In this document: one piece after another, positions 28,320-42,280 of the stretch
How positions within the stretch are numbered: the first letter of the stretch is position 1
How the letters are laid out: each line of letters starts with the position of its first letter
Source: the human T2T-CHM13v2.0 reference genome, Homo sapiens
Reading direction: 5' to 3' (one strand)
Assembly: GCF_009914755.1 (NCBI RefSeq)
Contig: NC_060932.1
Length of the DNA: 64,000 bases
Position numbers and translations under genes: made by a program
Notes under the pieces: model-generated
Seen by the model: only the letters and a program-made list of their open reading frames with translations
What the model was told of the DNA's origin: nothing
Database searches by the model: none

Positions 28320-28500
28320 TATGCAAGCACTTACACGAACTCATTGCATCTTAACAGACTCCTCTGAATTAAACACTATAATCTCCCTTTTACAGATGAG
28401 GAGATTAAGGCTCAGAGATAAGTAACTGACCTAAGATTATACATAAGTAAGTGGCAAAGAAGAGCCTGTTCAGCTTTGCCTCACAATTCGGGGTTCTTAG
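28320..28500 (-). mobile_element. MIR
   Basis: CCCTTTTACAGATGAGGAGATTAAGGCTCAGAGA..AAGTAACTGACCTAAG core. Confidence 0.75.
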
Positions 28501-29247
28501 CATTCTGTTTTGCTGCCTCCAGTACAAAAATCCATGCAATGCGGGTGGCCTGGAGGGCAGCCATGGGGGATCTGAGCCAAGCACAGATAACACCGTCCTG
28601 CAGGTGTGGACTTTCATCTGAAGAAGGCAGTCTCAGCAGGAGAGGCTAGGTCTTTAGGACCAGGGCTGCACGGCACAAAACACCCACCTCCAGCAGGGCT
28701 GCCTGGAAGTCATTCAAGCATTTATTCATTAGGATCTTTCTCACAGCCGAAGCTGGCTAAGATGTCTCTCCCTCAGTGCTGCCTGTCCCCGGCCCCACTA
28801 CCACCTGGCCTTGATCTCCATACTGAAATGGCCTGGACTGCTTTTGAGGCATTTGCCAATGTTGACCTCGCATTGTGCTTATTCTGTGCTTTTGTAATAT
28901 GTAGCAGTTACAGTCTAACAGAACCAGTATCTTAGCTCTGCCATTTGCTCAGGGTGTGAGTTTGGACGTTGCCTTAAATATATTAAATCTGAACGTTCCT
29001 ACACCAGGTGGGCATAATAATATCTCCCGCCCTCTTTGATTGTTACCAGGATTTAATGGGATGGTGCATATAAGTACTGGGTGCAGAATTGGCACCTAGT
29101 AAGCTCTGAAAAAGAGGTTTGTGTAATCTTTGCTAATCATAATAAGTATTATTGATTTTACTTCACAGCACATTCTAAAAAAAAAGTCAGTCTAATATAG
29201 AACCTAGCAGCACCTGTTTCATTTAGTAAATAAAAGAAAATAAACCT

Positions 29248-29586
<339 letters not shown>

Positions 29587-30339
29587 TTAAGTACCTCACT
29601 GAAGAATGGCAGGAGACATAAACACTACTAATATGACTAATTCTTGTTTTTTACCCATGTATTCAATTAGTGTTACATTGAGGCTCATATGTTATGTTAG
29701 CTACTGTCCTGTTCTCTGTAGCTTCAGCAATATGTCTTGGAGCTTACCATTTCTCATTTAGGCAGAGATTTCAAAAAATAAAGATTTATATTTAAAATAC
29801 ATACCTATTCTATTTTTGACCACTAGTTTCAAGTAATGTCCTTGGAAATGGGTTTCAGAATAGCCTGTGGGCAACTAGAGTGGTCAAAGAATACTTTTGT
29901 CTACAGAAAATTTTATAATCATTTAATTAGAGTCCCCTATAGTTCCAGATAAACAGATGAGATTATTTTCTGGTGTGCTTCTATCAGATGAGGGAGTGTT
30001 GAAAATGTGGGCTTCCAAAGGGGAATTGTGCTGCTCCCAAATAACATCAGAGTCGCGTGACTGGAGGAGGGGTCATGGGTGTAGGGGAGCAGCCAACATT
30101 GATGGCCACCTCCCCCAGAAGCAGCCAAGCCCAGCCCTGGAGTCAAGGTGGACCTCAATGATAAGCTGGTGAACACATGAAGAAGGCTGCATGCTGTTTA
30201 TAGCATGTTCATAACATTATTGAAATGACAAAATTACAGAGATGGGAGGACTGTGAGACTGCTTTATTTGAGGCTCTATTGTTTGGTGCAAATACATTGA
30301 AGATCGTTATGTGTACTGGGGGATTGATCCTCTTACCAG

Positions 30340-30777
30340 TGTATTAGTTTCCTAGGGCTGCACAACAAATTTTCATAAACTCAGTGGCTAAAAAGATCAG
30401 AAACGTTGTCTTCCAAAGTTCTGGAAGTTTGAAGTATGAAATCAGAATGTTGGCAAGGCCCTGCTCCTTCTGAGGGCTCTAAGAGAGAATTCTTCCTTGC
30501 CTTCCCTGGCTTCTGATGGGTGATGGGTCCCTGCCGGTCCTGGGCTTGTACATGCATCACTCCCGTCTCTGTCTTCCTCATCACATTGTGTCTGTGTCCA
30601 GATTCTCTTTCTATAAAGACACCAGTCATTGGATTAGATCCTATGAGAATCCGAAAAGATCACATCTTAACTTGATTACCTCTGCAAAGATCCTACTTCC
30701 AAATAAGGTCACAGTCACTGGTAGCAGGCATTAGGACCTCAACATATGTTTTTGAGGGGGTAAATCAATCCCCAATG
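30340..30777 (-). mobile_element. MLT1 (B/C-like) solo LTR
   Basis: TGTATTAGTTTCCTAGGGCTG...AACTTGATTACCTCTGCAAAGA..CCAAATAAGGTCACA; 5-bp TSD ACCAG at 30335-30339 and 30778-30782. Confidence 0.92.
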
Positions 30778-32248
30778 ACCAGTATATCATGCCTGTCTTT
30801 GCCTCTGGTAATTTTCTTTTTCTGAAGAATACTTTATAATATGAGTAATACTCTATTAGATGTTAATATAGCCACTTCTGCTTTTTAAAAATGCTGCATG
30901 GCACATATATTTCTTTAACTTTAACTTTCCTCATCCTTTAACTTTCAATCTGCGTGTGTCATTGTATTTGAAGTGAATTTTTGGGAGACAGGATATTATT
31001 GGATAGTATTTCTTTTTATCATTTCTTGCAAATCTCCGTCTTTTGATTGGTTATTTAAGACTGTTTACATTGAAGACCATTGTTGTACCACTTCATTATT
31101 CAAGTGTGTCACTTCATTTATTGTTTTCTGCTGGTTTCCTCTTTCTCATTCCTTGGTTTCTATTTTCTTGCTTTCTTATGGGTTACATGAACACTTTTAA
31201 GATTCCACATTGGTTTATTTATAGAGTTCCTGAATATAACCCATCTTATATTTTAGTAGTAGTTGCTTTAGATACTACAATACGCCTACACAATTAATCA
31301 CTGCTACTGGTATTGAGCTTTTATAACTGAGTGAAGGGTAGAACCCAGTCTTCCATATAGGTCTTACTCACTACCCTCTCTGCTTTAAAATGCAATTGCT
31401 AAGTACTTCTTCTGTGTACACACTTGCCCCACATCAAATGGTGTTATATATTTTGCCTTAGCCATCAAATAAATTTAGGAAACCCATGAGAAGGAAAGTC
31501 TATTATATTTACTGCTATTTTATTCTCTCCATTGTCTTTCTTTCCTCTCCGAGGTTCATAGCATTCTGACACCATTTCTTCCCTCCGTGAGGGAACATCC
31601 TTCATCCCAGCTTCAAGGGCTATCTTGCTGGCAGCAGACGCTCTGAGTTTCCCTTTGCTAGAGGATGTCTTTATTCATGAAGCATATTTCCACTGGATAT
31701 TAAATTCATGGTTTACATTTTTTTATCACTTAAAAAATGTTGTGCTAATTCCTTCTGGCCTCCATGTAAGTCATCTCTCTCTGGCTGCCATCAACATTTT
31801 TTTCTTTGTCTTTAGTTTTCAGAAATTTGCTTGTGATGTGTATTGGCATAGATTTCCACAGATTTATCCTGTTTAGGGTTTGTTCAGCTTTTGGAAGATG
31901 TAAGTTTCTGTCTCCCATCTTTGGTATTTGGAAAGCTTGTACCTATTATTTCTTTGAATACATTTTCAGCTCCACTCTCTTTCTCCTCTCCTTTAGAAAC
32001 TCCTATAATATGAAAGTTGGACTTTTTCTATTTTTTCCTCTGGTTCCTGAGACTCCAATTTCTTTTCTGTCCATTTTCTCTCCTTTGTTTTGATTAGGCA
32101 AATTCTACTGATCTGCCATTCAGTTCACTGTTTCTATCATCTGTTATCTCCATGCTGCTATTGAGCCCATCCAGTGTGTTTATATTTTGGTTGTTGTATT
32201 TTTAACTTTATAATTTCACTTATAACTTCTCTTTCTTTGCTTCTGTAA

Positions 32249-32584
<336 letters not shown>

Positions 32585-33284
32585 TACTTCTGTCATTTCC
32601 ATTTTTCATTTGTGTCAAAAGGATTTGGGATTTCATGCTGAAGGATTATTATTATAGGCGCCTTAAAATTCCTGTCAGATGATTTCAACATCTGATTCAG
32701 TTCAATGCTGGCATCTGTTGATCATGTTTTCTCGCTCAGCTGGTGATGTTTCTTGGTTCTTTGACAGGTGAGTTCTGGTTGTATCATGGACATTTTGTCT
32801 ATTTCATTAGAATGTCTAGGTCCCATCCAAATCCTCCATTTTATCCAGCAGTCACCCTGTTTAGGCTTAGCATGCAGGTCCTGAGCAATTTTGTGGGCTG
32901 TGGCTGCCATGACAGTTTATATTCAGTCTTTGTGGTGTTGTTTTGATCTGCTTGGTTGTCTGGTTCCACTGGTGGTGCACTGATTTCTGCTGGTGGTGGC
33001 TGAGGGTGCTGGGAAGCAGGGCCCTCTCGACTGGGGAAGGGAGTATCAGGCCCTCAGGCCCACCCAAGGGGCAGGCAGCTGTGGAGGTCCCCAGCTGCCC
33101 GCCTCCACCACATGACGTCTCCTTGGTGCTGGGCAGAGGTGGAGGCTCTGCTGGCTGCTGGGTCCTGCACACTCCCTGCTGGGCAGTGGAAGATTAGCTC
33201 CCTGCTCTCTCCTGCTGGCACTACCCCAGTAGGGGAACTAGGAGCAGAAGAGGAGGTGGGAGTTCAAATCTCCTCTTGACCAGC

Positions 33285-33649
33285 TGATATGGCTTGGCTT
33301 TGTGTCCTCACCCAAATCTCATCTTGTAGTTCCCATAATTCCCACATGTTATGGGAGGGACCTGGTGGGAGATTATTGAATCATGGGTGTGGGTCTTTCC
33401 CATGCTGTTCTCGTGATAGTGAGACGGTCTCATGAGATCTGATGGTTTTTAAAACAGGAATTTGTTTGCACAAGCTCTCTCTTTGCCTGCTGCCATTCAG
33501 GTAAGATATGACTTGCTCCTCCTGCCTTCTGCCATGATCGTGAGGCTTCCCCAGCCATGTGGAGCTGTAAGTTCAATAAATGTCTTTCTTTTGTAAATTG
33601 CCCAGTCTTGGGTGTGTCTTTATCAGCAGTGTGGAAACGGACTAATACA
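33285..33649 (+). mobile_element. THE1 (MaLR) solo LTR
   Basis: TGATATGG..TGGCTTTGTGTCCTCACCCAAATCTCATCTTG...GGACTAATACA; perfect 5-bp TSD CCAGC at 33280-33284 and 33650-33654. Confidence 0.95.
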
Positions 33650-34438
33650 CCAGCCGAGAAAATACAGAGTTGGGGGTGGGGTAGAAGCAGAAAGGGGAGT
33701 GTGGTTTTCCACTGGAGCTTGGCTGGAGTAAGACAGGTATTACCAATGAGATTTTCTGTTGTTAGGCCACCTGTGTCCTGGCTCTGTGGCCAGAAAGACC
33801 AGGCTTTTCCTGGAATTATTTTTGTCTGTCTTGTTGGGAGCTCTGGGTTGTGGGCTTCTAGAGCGTCCTGTCTAGGACATATGGAAGCATGAGGAATACC
33901 CAGGGGACTCACTGCCATTTGCTCCTCAAGTCCCGAGGCCCCCTCGCTGTCTTCCTTCTTTCTTTCACCTTTCAGAGTCTCCATGTGCTTGTTTTCCCAT
34001 TATGTTCAATGCTTTCTAGTTGTAATAGACTAGACAGGGCTAGCCTAGCTAGGAATAGCTGGAAGTCACCCATGGGCCTAATTTTGTCAGTCCCGTTTTA
34101 CTTTAGATAAGTGGCTGTTCTGAGGCACTACTGTGATGTCATTCAATCAGGTGAGTGATGCATTAGTTCTCAATTTTGGAAGCTTTTGCAATTGTGCTAG
34201 ATCTATAGTTGACTGGGGGAGTGGAACGGGGAAGCCATTTGTCCACTTGTCTTTATGTGGGTGAAGAACATGCTTTCTCTTTGTGAAGCGCCAGCTGAAG
34301 GTGAGATTTTATAAGTCAAGGTAAACATAACCCCAACCACAGAATGAAAAACTCAGGCAAAACAAGGTTGTAATAGTTTTATGGATAAGTTGCAGCTGGC
34401 AAAATGTTAGTTAGGATGAAGATACATAAGAAACAGGG

Positions 34439-34782
<344 letters not shown>

Positions 34783-36384
34783 TTAAACAGTACCAAGTTT
34801 TGTTGAGTGAAAGGGAACATTCAAACTCTGCCCTTTGGTATTAAGTCTGTCAAACTGGTTACCAGCAGCTCCAAGCCACTTAAGACTTAGCAAGAACAAC
34901 AGAAACATTTACATATGATCCCTCTCATAATTACACATTGCAGTGCTTTGGCGTAAATGGAAAAAAAAAAAAAGTAAAATTACTGAGCACATAGAGCTAG
35001 TGCCCTTAATCTAGCTGCTACTCCCTTCCAATGGTTACCAGTTGATAGTCCTCGTTAGGGAGGCAGATCATCTCACAGGAGTCACTTTTTGCATGAGAAC
35101 CAGCCAGTGGAAGCTCATACATTTCTCCTCAGGAGGAAAACTGAAGGAAAAAGAGGACACAGGTGTGGTGACAGAATGACACACGTCATGCTAGTTGGGA
35201 ATTTTCTTACCCTGCCTCCACTTCCATCACCTTTTCCTATAAGGTCTTCAGGGATGTTCTTCAGTGCCTCACGCTGGATTTTGCAGAGTCTCAGAACATG
35301 AAGGAGGTTTGGAGGCAGCTGCTGCTCTGAAAGACAGAGAAATCGGGCATGCACAACCTGGGCTTGGTAATTTAAACCAAACTCAAGCTTTTTTGCAGAT
35401 CCTTAGGTCGAATGCTGCCTCTACTTAAAGTTTGATTTTCCATATTATTTTATATGTGTATATGAAAAGAGACCAACCTTATTATATTGACTTTCAATAT
35501 CACCTAAAAGCCTATTGAACTTTAAAATACCATATAAACAAGTAACCAAGAACATATTTATAATGTTGTCAGCATTGCTCTGATCTATTTAGCATCTACT
35601 GTATTCTTGCAGCTTAACATAAAAGTAGCACATTCTTGGAAAGTCTGTCCCTGAAAACCTCATGCAGGTCAGCTTCATATACTGTTCTCCATCACAGTAC
35701 CTCATTCAGTTTCTTCCTAGCACTTACCTTCATTATCTGAACTTATGTTTTTATTTATTTTTGTCTTTACATTTCTAGTATGTGGCTTCTGCAACTAGGA
35801 TGTAAGTGCTGTGAGTGTAGGGACATCATTTATCTTTTAACTGCTGTGCCACTGTGCTTTGACCAGTGCCTAACTACAGGAAAACTCAACAATAATTGTT
35901 GTTAAATCAATCAATCCATCAATTCACCAACATACACTGCAAGGTTATATTATCCTCATTGAATGGATTAAAATACCGAAGCTCTCAGAAGTGTGGACAT
36001 TCTGAGGGCTCTTGTCATCTTGAGAAGCTGTTGTGCAAAAGCCAAAGACAGGGTGGGTTACTTACACATTAGCACTGAATAATAAATACGTGCATATTTG
36101 TGTAAAATGTTAACTATTTCCCTGTGCTCCTCATGGCCACTTATGTATTATTGTCCCTGATACAGTCTCAAAGCCCAAAGTTTTGAACTTTGCAACCAAA
36201 TTATCCTATTTCTTATCCAGTCCTGATGTCAGCAGTTTGAAGATCCATAGGAAATAGGGACTTTCAGCAGGAAGTCCTCTAGCCATGCATTGATCTTCCC
36301 TGAAGATTCTACCCCCTGGCTTACATCAGTGATCATTGCCTTGTACCTGAGATACAGCTTCCTTGGCTTTCTGGAAAATGTTTG

Positions 36385-36600
36385 TTGTAGACTGTATTTT
36401 CCAGTGGTGCTCACAGTAATATTTCCCATCTTATAGGCTTCTTTACAATGTGACCTTGGCATTCTTTCCGTGGAGAGTGAGATCTTCCTATGTTCCTCCT
36501 GTGAATCTGGGCAAGGTTTAGGTTGTTCCGACTATAGCATATGGTTGAAGTGGCACCAAGTGAGTTTTTAGGATAGATCATAGAAGGCCGTGCAGTTGAA
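36385..36600 (+). mobile_element. Old MLT1 (G/H-like) LTR fragment
   Basis: TGTAGACTGTATTTTCC...ATTTCCCATC...TTTACAATGTGACCTTG...GAATCTGGGC. Confidence 0.55.
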
Positions 36601-37099
36601 TCCTAGGCATTGAAATAATGAAAGAAAGCAATATGAAAACGTGGGCATTGCCCCAGGGTACTCCCTTGTAGTTTGCTTCTGCATACTTATTCCCCTGACA
36701 TAAAGCTGTTATTACTACTATGGGAATGACCACTCTGCTCTCTTTGTTAATTAAATTAAATTAAATTAAGTTAAATGTGGATGGAACATTTGACAGGTAG
36801 CCAGAATCAAGTGCTTTCTTGCTATACCACATGTTTATAGAGTCTGCAGAAGGATACTCCAGATGAGGGACAGTGCAAAACTGTTTCTAAGAATATGCAG
36901 AAGATAAGTCATGACAGAGAAAGCCTCTTTCTCTTAGTTCTCTCTTTTTCTCTCATTTTCCATCTCCTCTTCTCTCCTTTTCCCCCTCTTTTCCAATATT
37001 GATGGTCCATTCTGTGCTTCCACTTCGATCTTAATTGCGATAAAAATGCATTTTTCTTATTTTCTCTGCTTTCTTCTGCTTACTCTTTAATCTTAAATA

Positions 37100-37640
37100 C
37101 AGGTGTACCTCAGAGATATTGTGGGTTAAGTTCCAGACCATGACAATAAAGTGAATATTGCAATAAAATGCATCACACAATTTTTTGGTTTCCAGGAGCA
37201 AATAAAAGTTATGCTTCCACTCTACTATAGACTATTAAGTGTGCAGCTGTACCACGTCTAAAAACAGTATATACCTAATTAAAAACACTTTATTGCTAAA
37301 AAATGATAACAATCATCTCAGCCTTCAGTAAGTTGTCATCTTTTTGCTGGTGGAGGGTCTTGCCTCAATGTTGATGGCTGCTGATTGGTCACAGTAGGGA
37401 TTGCTGAAGGCTGGGATGGCTATGACAATTTCTTTTAAAAAGACAACAATAAAGTTTGATGCAACTGGAGTCAATTCTCTCAAGCCCTGCTTCTGCTTTA
37501 TCAACTAAGTTTATGAAATATTCTAAATCCTCTGTTGTCTTTTCAGCAGTGTTCACTGCATCTTCACCCAGAATAGCTTCCCTCTCAAGAAACCACTTTA
37601 TTTGCTCATCCATTCAAGTTTCATCACAAGATTGCAGCAA
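37100..37640 (-). mobile_element. Tigger1 3' fragment
   Basis: TA|CAGGTGTACCTCAGAGATATTG terminal repeat; ORF 37389-37613 MDEQIKWFLEREAILGEDAVNTAEKTTEDLEYFINLVDKAEAGLERIDS resembles the Tigger1 transposase C-terminus. Confidence 0.92.
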
Positions 37641-40379
37641 GATGTGTGTGTGTGTGTCTCTGTGTGTGTGTGTGTGTGTATGTATAGGCTGTAAGCTGTG
37701 TTTATTATGAATCCCCTTCCAATACACTGTGCTAGGTAATCTCAGTGGGCTGGTCGTGAACACCACGAGGTCGGTGTGAATGTCAGAACTTAGTGTGGAG
37801 CTTAGCAGTGCTATATACGTTACTATATAAGTGGTACTGCTGAACTTCAAACTAAGTTCCAATTACAATGAATGACCACTTTCTTTATCCTGCTTAGGCA
37901 TTTTCATTGACTAATACTTTGCACAACTATTGATTTAGTGAGGCCAGTTTTTGATGACCGTGAGCAAAGCACAGATTAGAGTAGAATCTGAATGTCTGCT
38001 TCCCGGCCTTGTCCATATAGCAGAATGTCACTCTCTTGCTAACCCCTGCATCCGTCTTATCTTCTGGCTCTTGGATCGCAGTTTTGGCTCTGTTGCCATT
38101 ATCATCTCAAGTGTCTCCCTTGGGATCGTCTGCCATTGGGATCCTCTGTTCTGGCTGAACAGTCTGTCCTCGTGCCCTCTCCTCAGAGATGCCCTTTAGT
38201 GCTGCTACACCCTGGGTGGAGTTCCCTGCCCTGCATCCTCTCCTGACTCACTGGTTCCACCTCTGTTCTTCTGTTTTTTCACTTTTTTCCAGCTTCTCTA
38301 TCTTATCCTAATGTAGCTTTGCTCACCAGTTTAAAACTAATTCAGAAAGTAATGTTCCCTGGGATACTGAAACAAACACACAAAAGGACTTTATGAAATA
38401 CCCATTAAAAAGTAGCAACAATTTCTCTAATTCAAGCATAGTTCATTGAGCTATGAATGAACATGATCATAAGTCACATCATGATCTGTGACTTATATAA
38501 CTTATGTTGTTACTAGTACAAAGCTATCAGTTTGAAATTTCCTAGAAAATGTTATTTCATTTGACTTATCATTACCCAGCAACACATAAACTTCAAATTA
38601 TAGGCCTATTCACTCTACAAAATTGCCATGTCACATCCATGGCCAATGGCTGAAAACAGCTCTCAGAATTCCTGCAGTAATTTTAATTTTAACTTCTTAG
38701 CATTTGTGAAGCATATTTGCTTTAATCATTTGATGTGAAAACTGGGAGAAGAGCTATCACAGCAAGAATTCGACATTGCATCTGTCCTTCACAGAGCTTT
38801 TTCCACCAGAGATGCGGCATAAACATATCTGGGTGAGCAAAATATATCAGGGCTTTTCCTGTAAGTATGTGTCTCTCACAGGTGGAAATACAAACAATAA
38901 ATCAAGCTTTGAAAAGAGTTGTAATTACTAGTAGAGAAGCATGTCAAGCACATTCCTTACTTAATAGTATTTACTTCTACTTGTTTGCTGCCAAATAGAA
39001 ACTCCAGTTGTTAAAGGAATGATGCTAAGGACACTCATAGATTCTCATAGCATGACAGTACATTGTGAGTAGTCACATGTCTTATTGGCTAGTGGTTTCC
39101 TAGGAAATATGCTTTGTCTTCATTTTATAAGGTAAAAAGAACACAATGGTGTTCCAGGAGAGTGCATTCTGGGGCCCGCAGGGCTGGTGGATCTTTGGTG
39201 CTTTGGGGTTGCATAGGGCCTCAACAAGGAGAAACAAGTGTCCATTCTGTCATCACAGGTGGTATCACGATCTGTCTGTGCAGACAGAATTGTGAGTTTC
39301 TGGTTCTGGGGATTCTAGTAGAGAACCATGACATTATGCAGTGAGCGGTGCAGTCTTCTGGCATCTCCGGCAGCGTAGAGTGCTTCCACACCTTCTCAGC
39401 TTCCAACTCTAGACTGCTTATTTCTGTGAAAGGCTTCTGCATTCGAATGGCCTTATTTGTCCTCCTGCTTGCAGGTTGTCATCCTATTTCCCCTTCCCCA
39501 ATGCCGTGAACTTGAACCGCTAGAATTTTTTGTGATGGTTCACAAACATTTGGAACCCATGTAATGTTGATTGGTTTGGAGAAGTTTCCATTGCTCTTCC
39601 CGAAGGAGAGGGCAATGGATTCTGCATCATTCAGGATGTACATCCCTAGGGTAATAAAATGCTACCCTGCAGCATACAGTGCCATTAAAAGTAGTCACTA
39701 AATATTTGGTGTCGTGTGCAAGTCACTTTGCATACATCTCTAATTCTTATGGTAATTTGGCAAAATAGTCATTTTAATGCTTGTCACATAAATTGGAAAC
39801 AACTTTCAGTGAGATTTAGTTATTTTCTTCCAGCTAATGTGCATCAAAGCCAGAATTCAAGCTCATGCATTTCTGGCTCTCTCAGCTTTTCTGCTATTTA
39901 ACAGCTAAATTAGCTTCTCCAGTCTCTCCTCCCGTCTTCTCTTTTTCTCCTTTCCTTCAAATCAATGGGCAGATATTTACTGATTGTCAATGTGACCCAA
40001 ACACCATGCCAGGCTCTGAAATTAAAAACAGTGCATAAGGTTCCACTTTGTCCCTCAAGAAACTACCACTCTAGCAGGGGAGACAGACATGAAAAATTAC
40101 ATTTTTAATAAAACTCATGAGTTTAAGAAGAGAGAAGCACAGAGTACTGTGGTGGCTCAAGGAGGATCCAAGATTTTAAAAAATGGCCCAGAGGAGGATG
40201 CTGATCAGCAACAGCATGTGCACAGACAGAGCCAGGAGCAGAGGGGGACTGGCGGCACAGCAGCCACATGGCAGAGGAGGCCGAAAGTGGAGGAACCTGA
40301 GACAGACAGGCCATCTCACCAGCCTGGCCCACGCTGGGCGCAGGGATGCGGGTGCCACACTTACAGTAGGACTCAGGAA

Positions 40380-40525
40380 AGACATTTTCCTCCTTGTACT
40401 TCAGTGTCCTTATCTGTAAAAATATGACGTAAATAACGGTGCCCAGCTCGGAGGGCTGACATGAAGATTAAGTGGGCTAATACTTGTAACTCGCTTAGAA
40501 GGGTGCCAGGCACGTAGCATTTTAT
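40380..40525 (+). mobile_element. MIR
   Basis: CTTCAGTGTCCTTATCTGTAAAA...GAAGATTAAGTG..CTAATAC.TGTAA..CGCTTAGAA.GGTGCCAGGCACGTAG. Confidence 0.75.
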
Positions 40526-41239
40526 ACAGCGACTTTGAGTAAAAACGATCTTGGTGATGTGTGCCAGAGACAAGTTGTAGAGGCTCTGTGGGCCAGGCAA
40601 ATGTACTGAGTTGGGCCTGGATGAAAGGGAAGCCATTTAAAGGTTTTGCCCAGGGAGTAACGGAATTAATTCTGCCCTATAGAAGATGGCTGGGGCATTG
40701 GTGTGGAGGGCGCTTGGAGGACGGTGATGTGGGAGCAGGGCTTGGTGGCCAGCCTTTCCCAGTAGGGACTATGCCCATCATTATTTAATAGATGCTCTTC
40801 CCTCTTTGAAAATGCCTAAGTATCCCCACATGGCCAATTTAAAGGAACAGCAAGGATTCGGATATGTACATTTAAAATATAGTCTCTTTAGCAAAGTCAC
40901 ATTTTATACTAATGTGGTTTCATGTATTTCTCTGAAGATCTGGAAAAGAATACTGGCCACAAGGCATCATTTGCTCTGTTAGAAACCTCCCGAGGACTTC
41001 AGAGTTTAGTAGAAAATTCAATTGCATCCAAAATGAGAAAGGAGAAAATTCAGTTATAAAAACTGTTCTTTTACAGTGATAAATCTTAATGGAAAAATAT
41101 ACTCATAGACTACAATTTTATTACTTAAATAAATTACTCTCAAATTAGTTTCCTAAGTAAATTATTTCCAAATTAGTTTTCTGACCCTTGTGGGTCTGCA
41201 AGCCATTGGTTGCTCAACATTTCTCTCTTAATGGGGACC

Positions 41240-41740
41240 ACTTGGACAAAGAGTTTGACATTACCTACAAAAACCTAGATATTTTTCTTCCTGGCATATG
41301 TACCCCCAAAAAATGCATTCACGTGAGCACTGAGAGACTTGTTCAAGAATATTCATAACAATTTTATTCATAACAGCCCCTAATTGGAAATAACTCAGAC
41401 CTCCATGGATACGTGCCTTGTGGTGTATACACAGGCAATGAGCTCTAAAAAGCACTTTAATCGAACGAACAACGGCTGCTTTCAGCAGTAGGATGAGTCA
41501 CAAACTTAATGTTGAAATCAAGCAGCCAGACACAGGAGAATATATACAGGATGATGCTATTTATATTAAGTTTTAAAAATGGGCCAACTTAACTGGTGTT
41601 GTAAGTCTGCATTGCATTTACTTTTGATGAGAAAGGAGGTCACAATGACTGGGCAAAGTACAACAAGAGTTTCTGGGCTCCTAGCATGTGTGGGTTGTGA
41701 TCTAGGTAGTTATCACAAGAGGTTTTCACTCTGCTGTCTC
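41240..41740 (+). mobile_element. Old L1 (L1ME-like) 3' fragment
   Basis: CAAGAATATTCATAACAATTTTATTCATAACAGCCCC..ATTGGAAA...AGCCAGACACAG.AGAATATATAC..ATGAT. Confidence 0.7.
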
Positions 41741-41977
41741 CCACTGTCTTGCTCTCTTGCTCTGTCTCTGTCTCTGTCCCAGTCCCAGTCCCCATCCCCA
41801 TCCCCATCCTCATCCCCAAACCCATCCAGTCCCCACCCACATCCCCATATCTTTGTGTATACATGTGTTTTCACCCTTCTGCGGTTTTTTAAACATAGTT
41901 TTAAAGAGATAATATTCTAGTATTTCTAAGGATATATTTTAAAATTTCATAAATAAAACCTATATATAAAATGTTAA

Positions 41978-42280
41978 ACTACCCAGGTGTTGTGGCTCAC
42001 GCCTGTAATCCCAGCATTTTGGGAAGCTGAGGTGGGAGGATCCCTTGAGTTCAGGAGTGCCAGATCAGCCTGGGCAACATGGTGAAACCCTGTCTCTACA
42101 CAAAATACAAAAATTAGCAAGGTGCGGTGGCGCATGCCTGCAGTCCCAGCTACTTGGGTGGCTGAGATGGAAGGATCCCTTGAGCCCGGGGAGGTCAAGG
42201 CTGCAGAGAGCAGTGATCATGCCCCTGCATTCCAGCCTGGGGGACAGAGTGAGAACCTGTTTCCAAATAAATAAATACAT
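41978..42280 (+). mobile_element. AluJ-like
   Basis: GGAGGATCCCTTGAG, GGAGGTCAAGGCTGCAG; AAAATGTTA on both flanks. Confidence 0.93.

Noticed and set aside
33430-33984. Longest ORF (184 aa, minus strand)
   Set aside because: It runs from an L1 5' UTR into an antisense THE1 LTR; a chance read-through with no domain.
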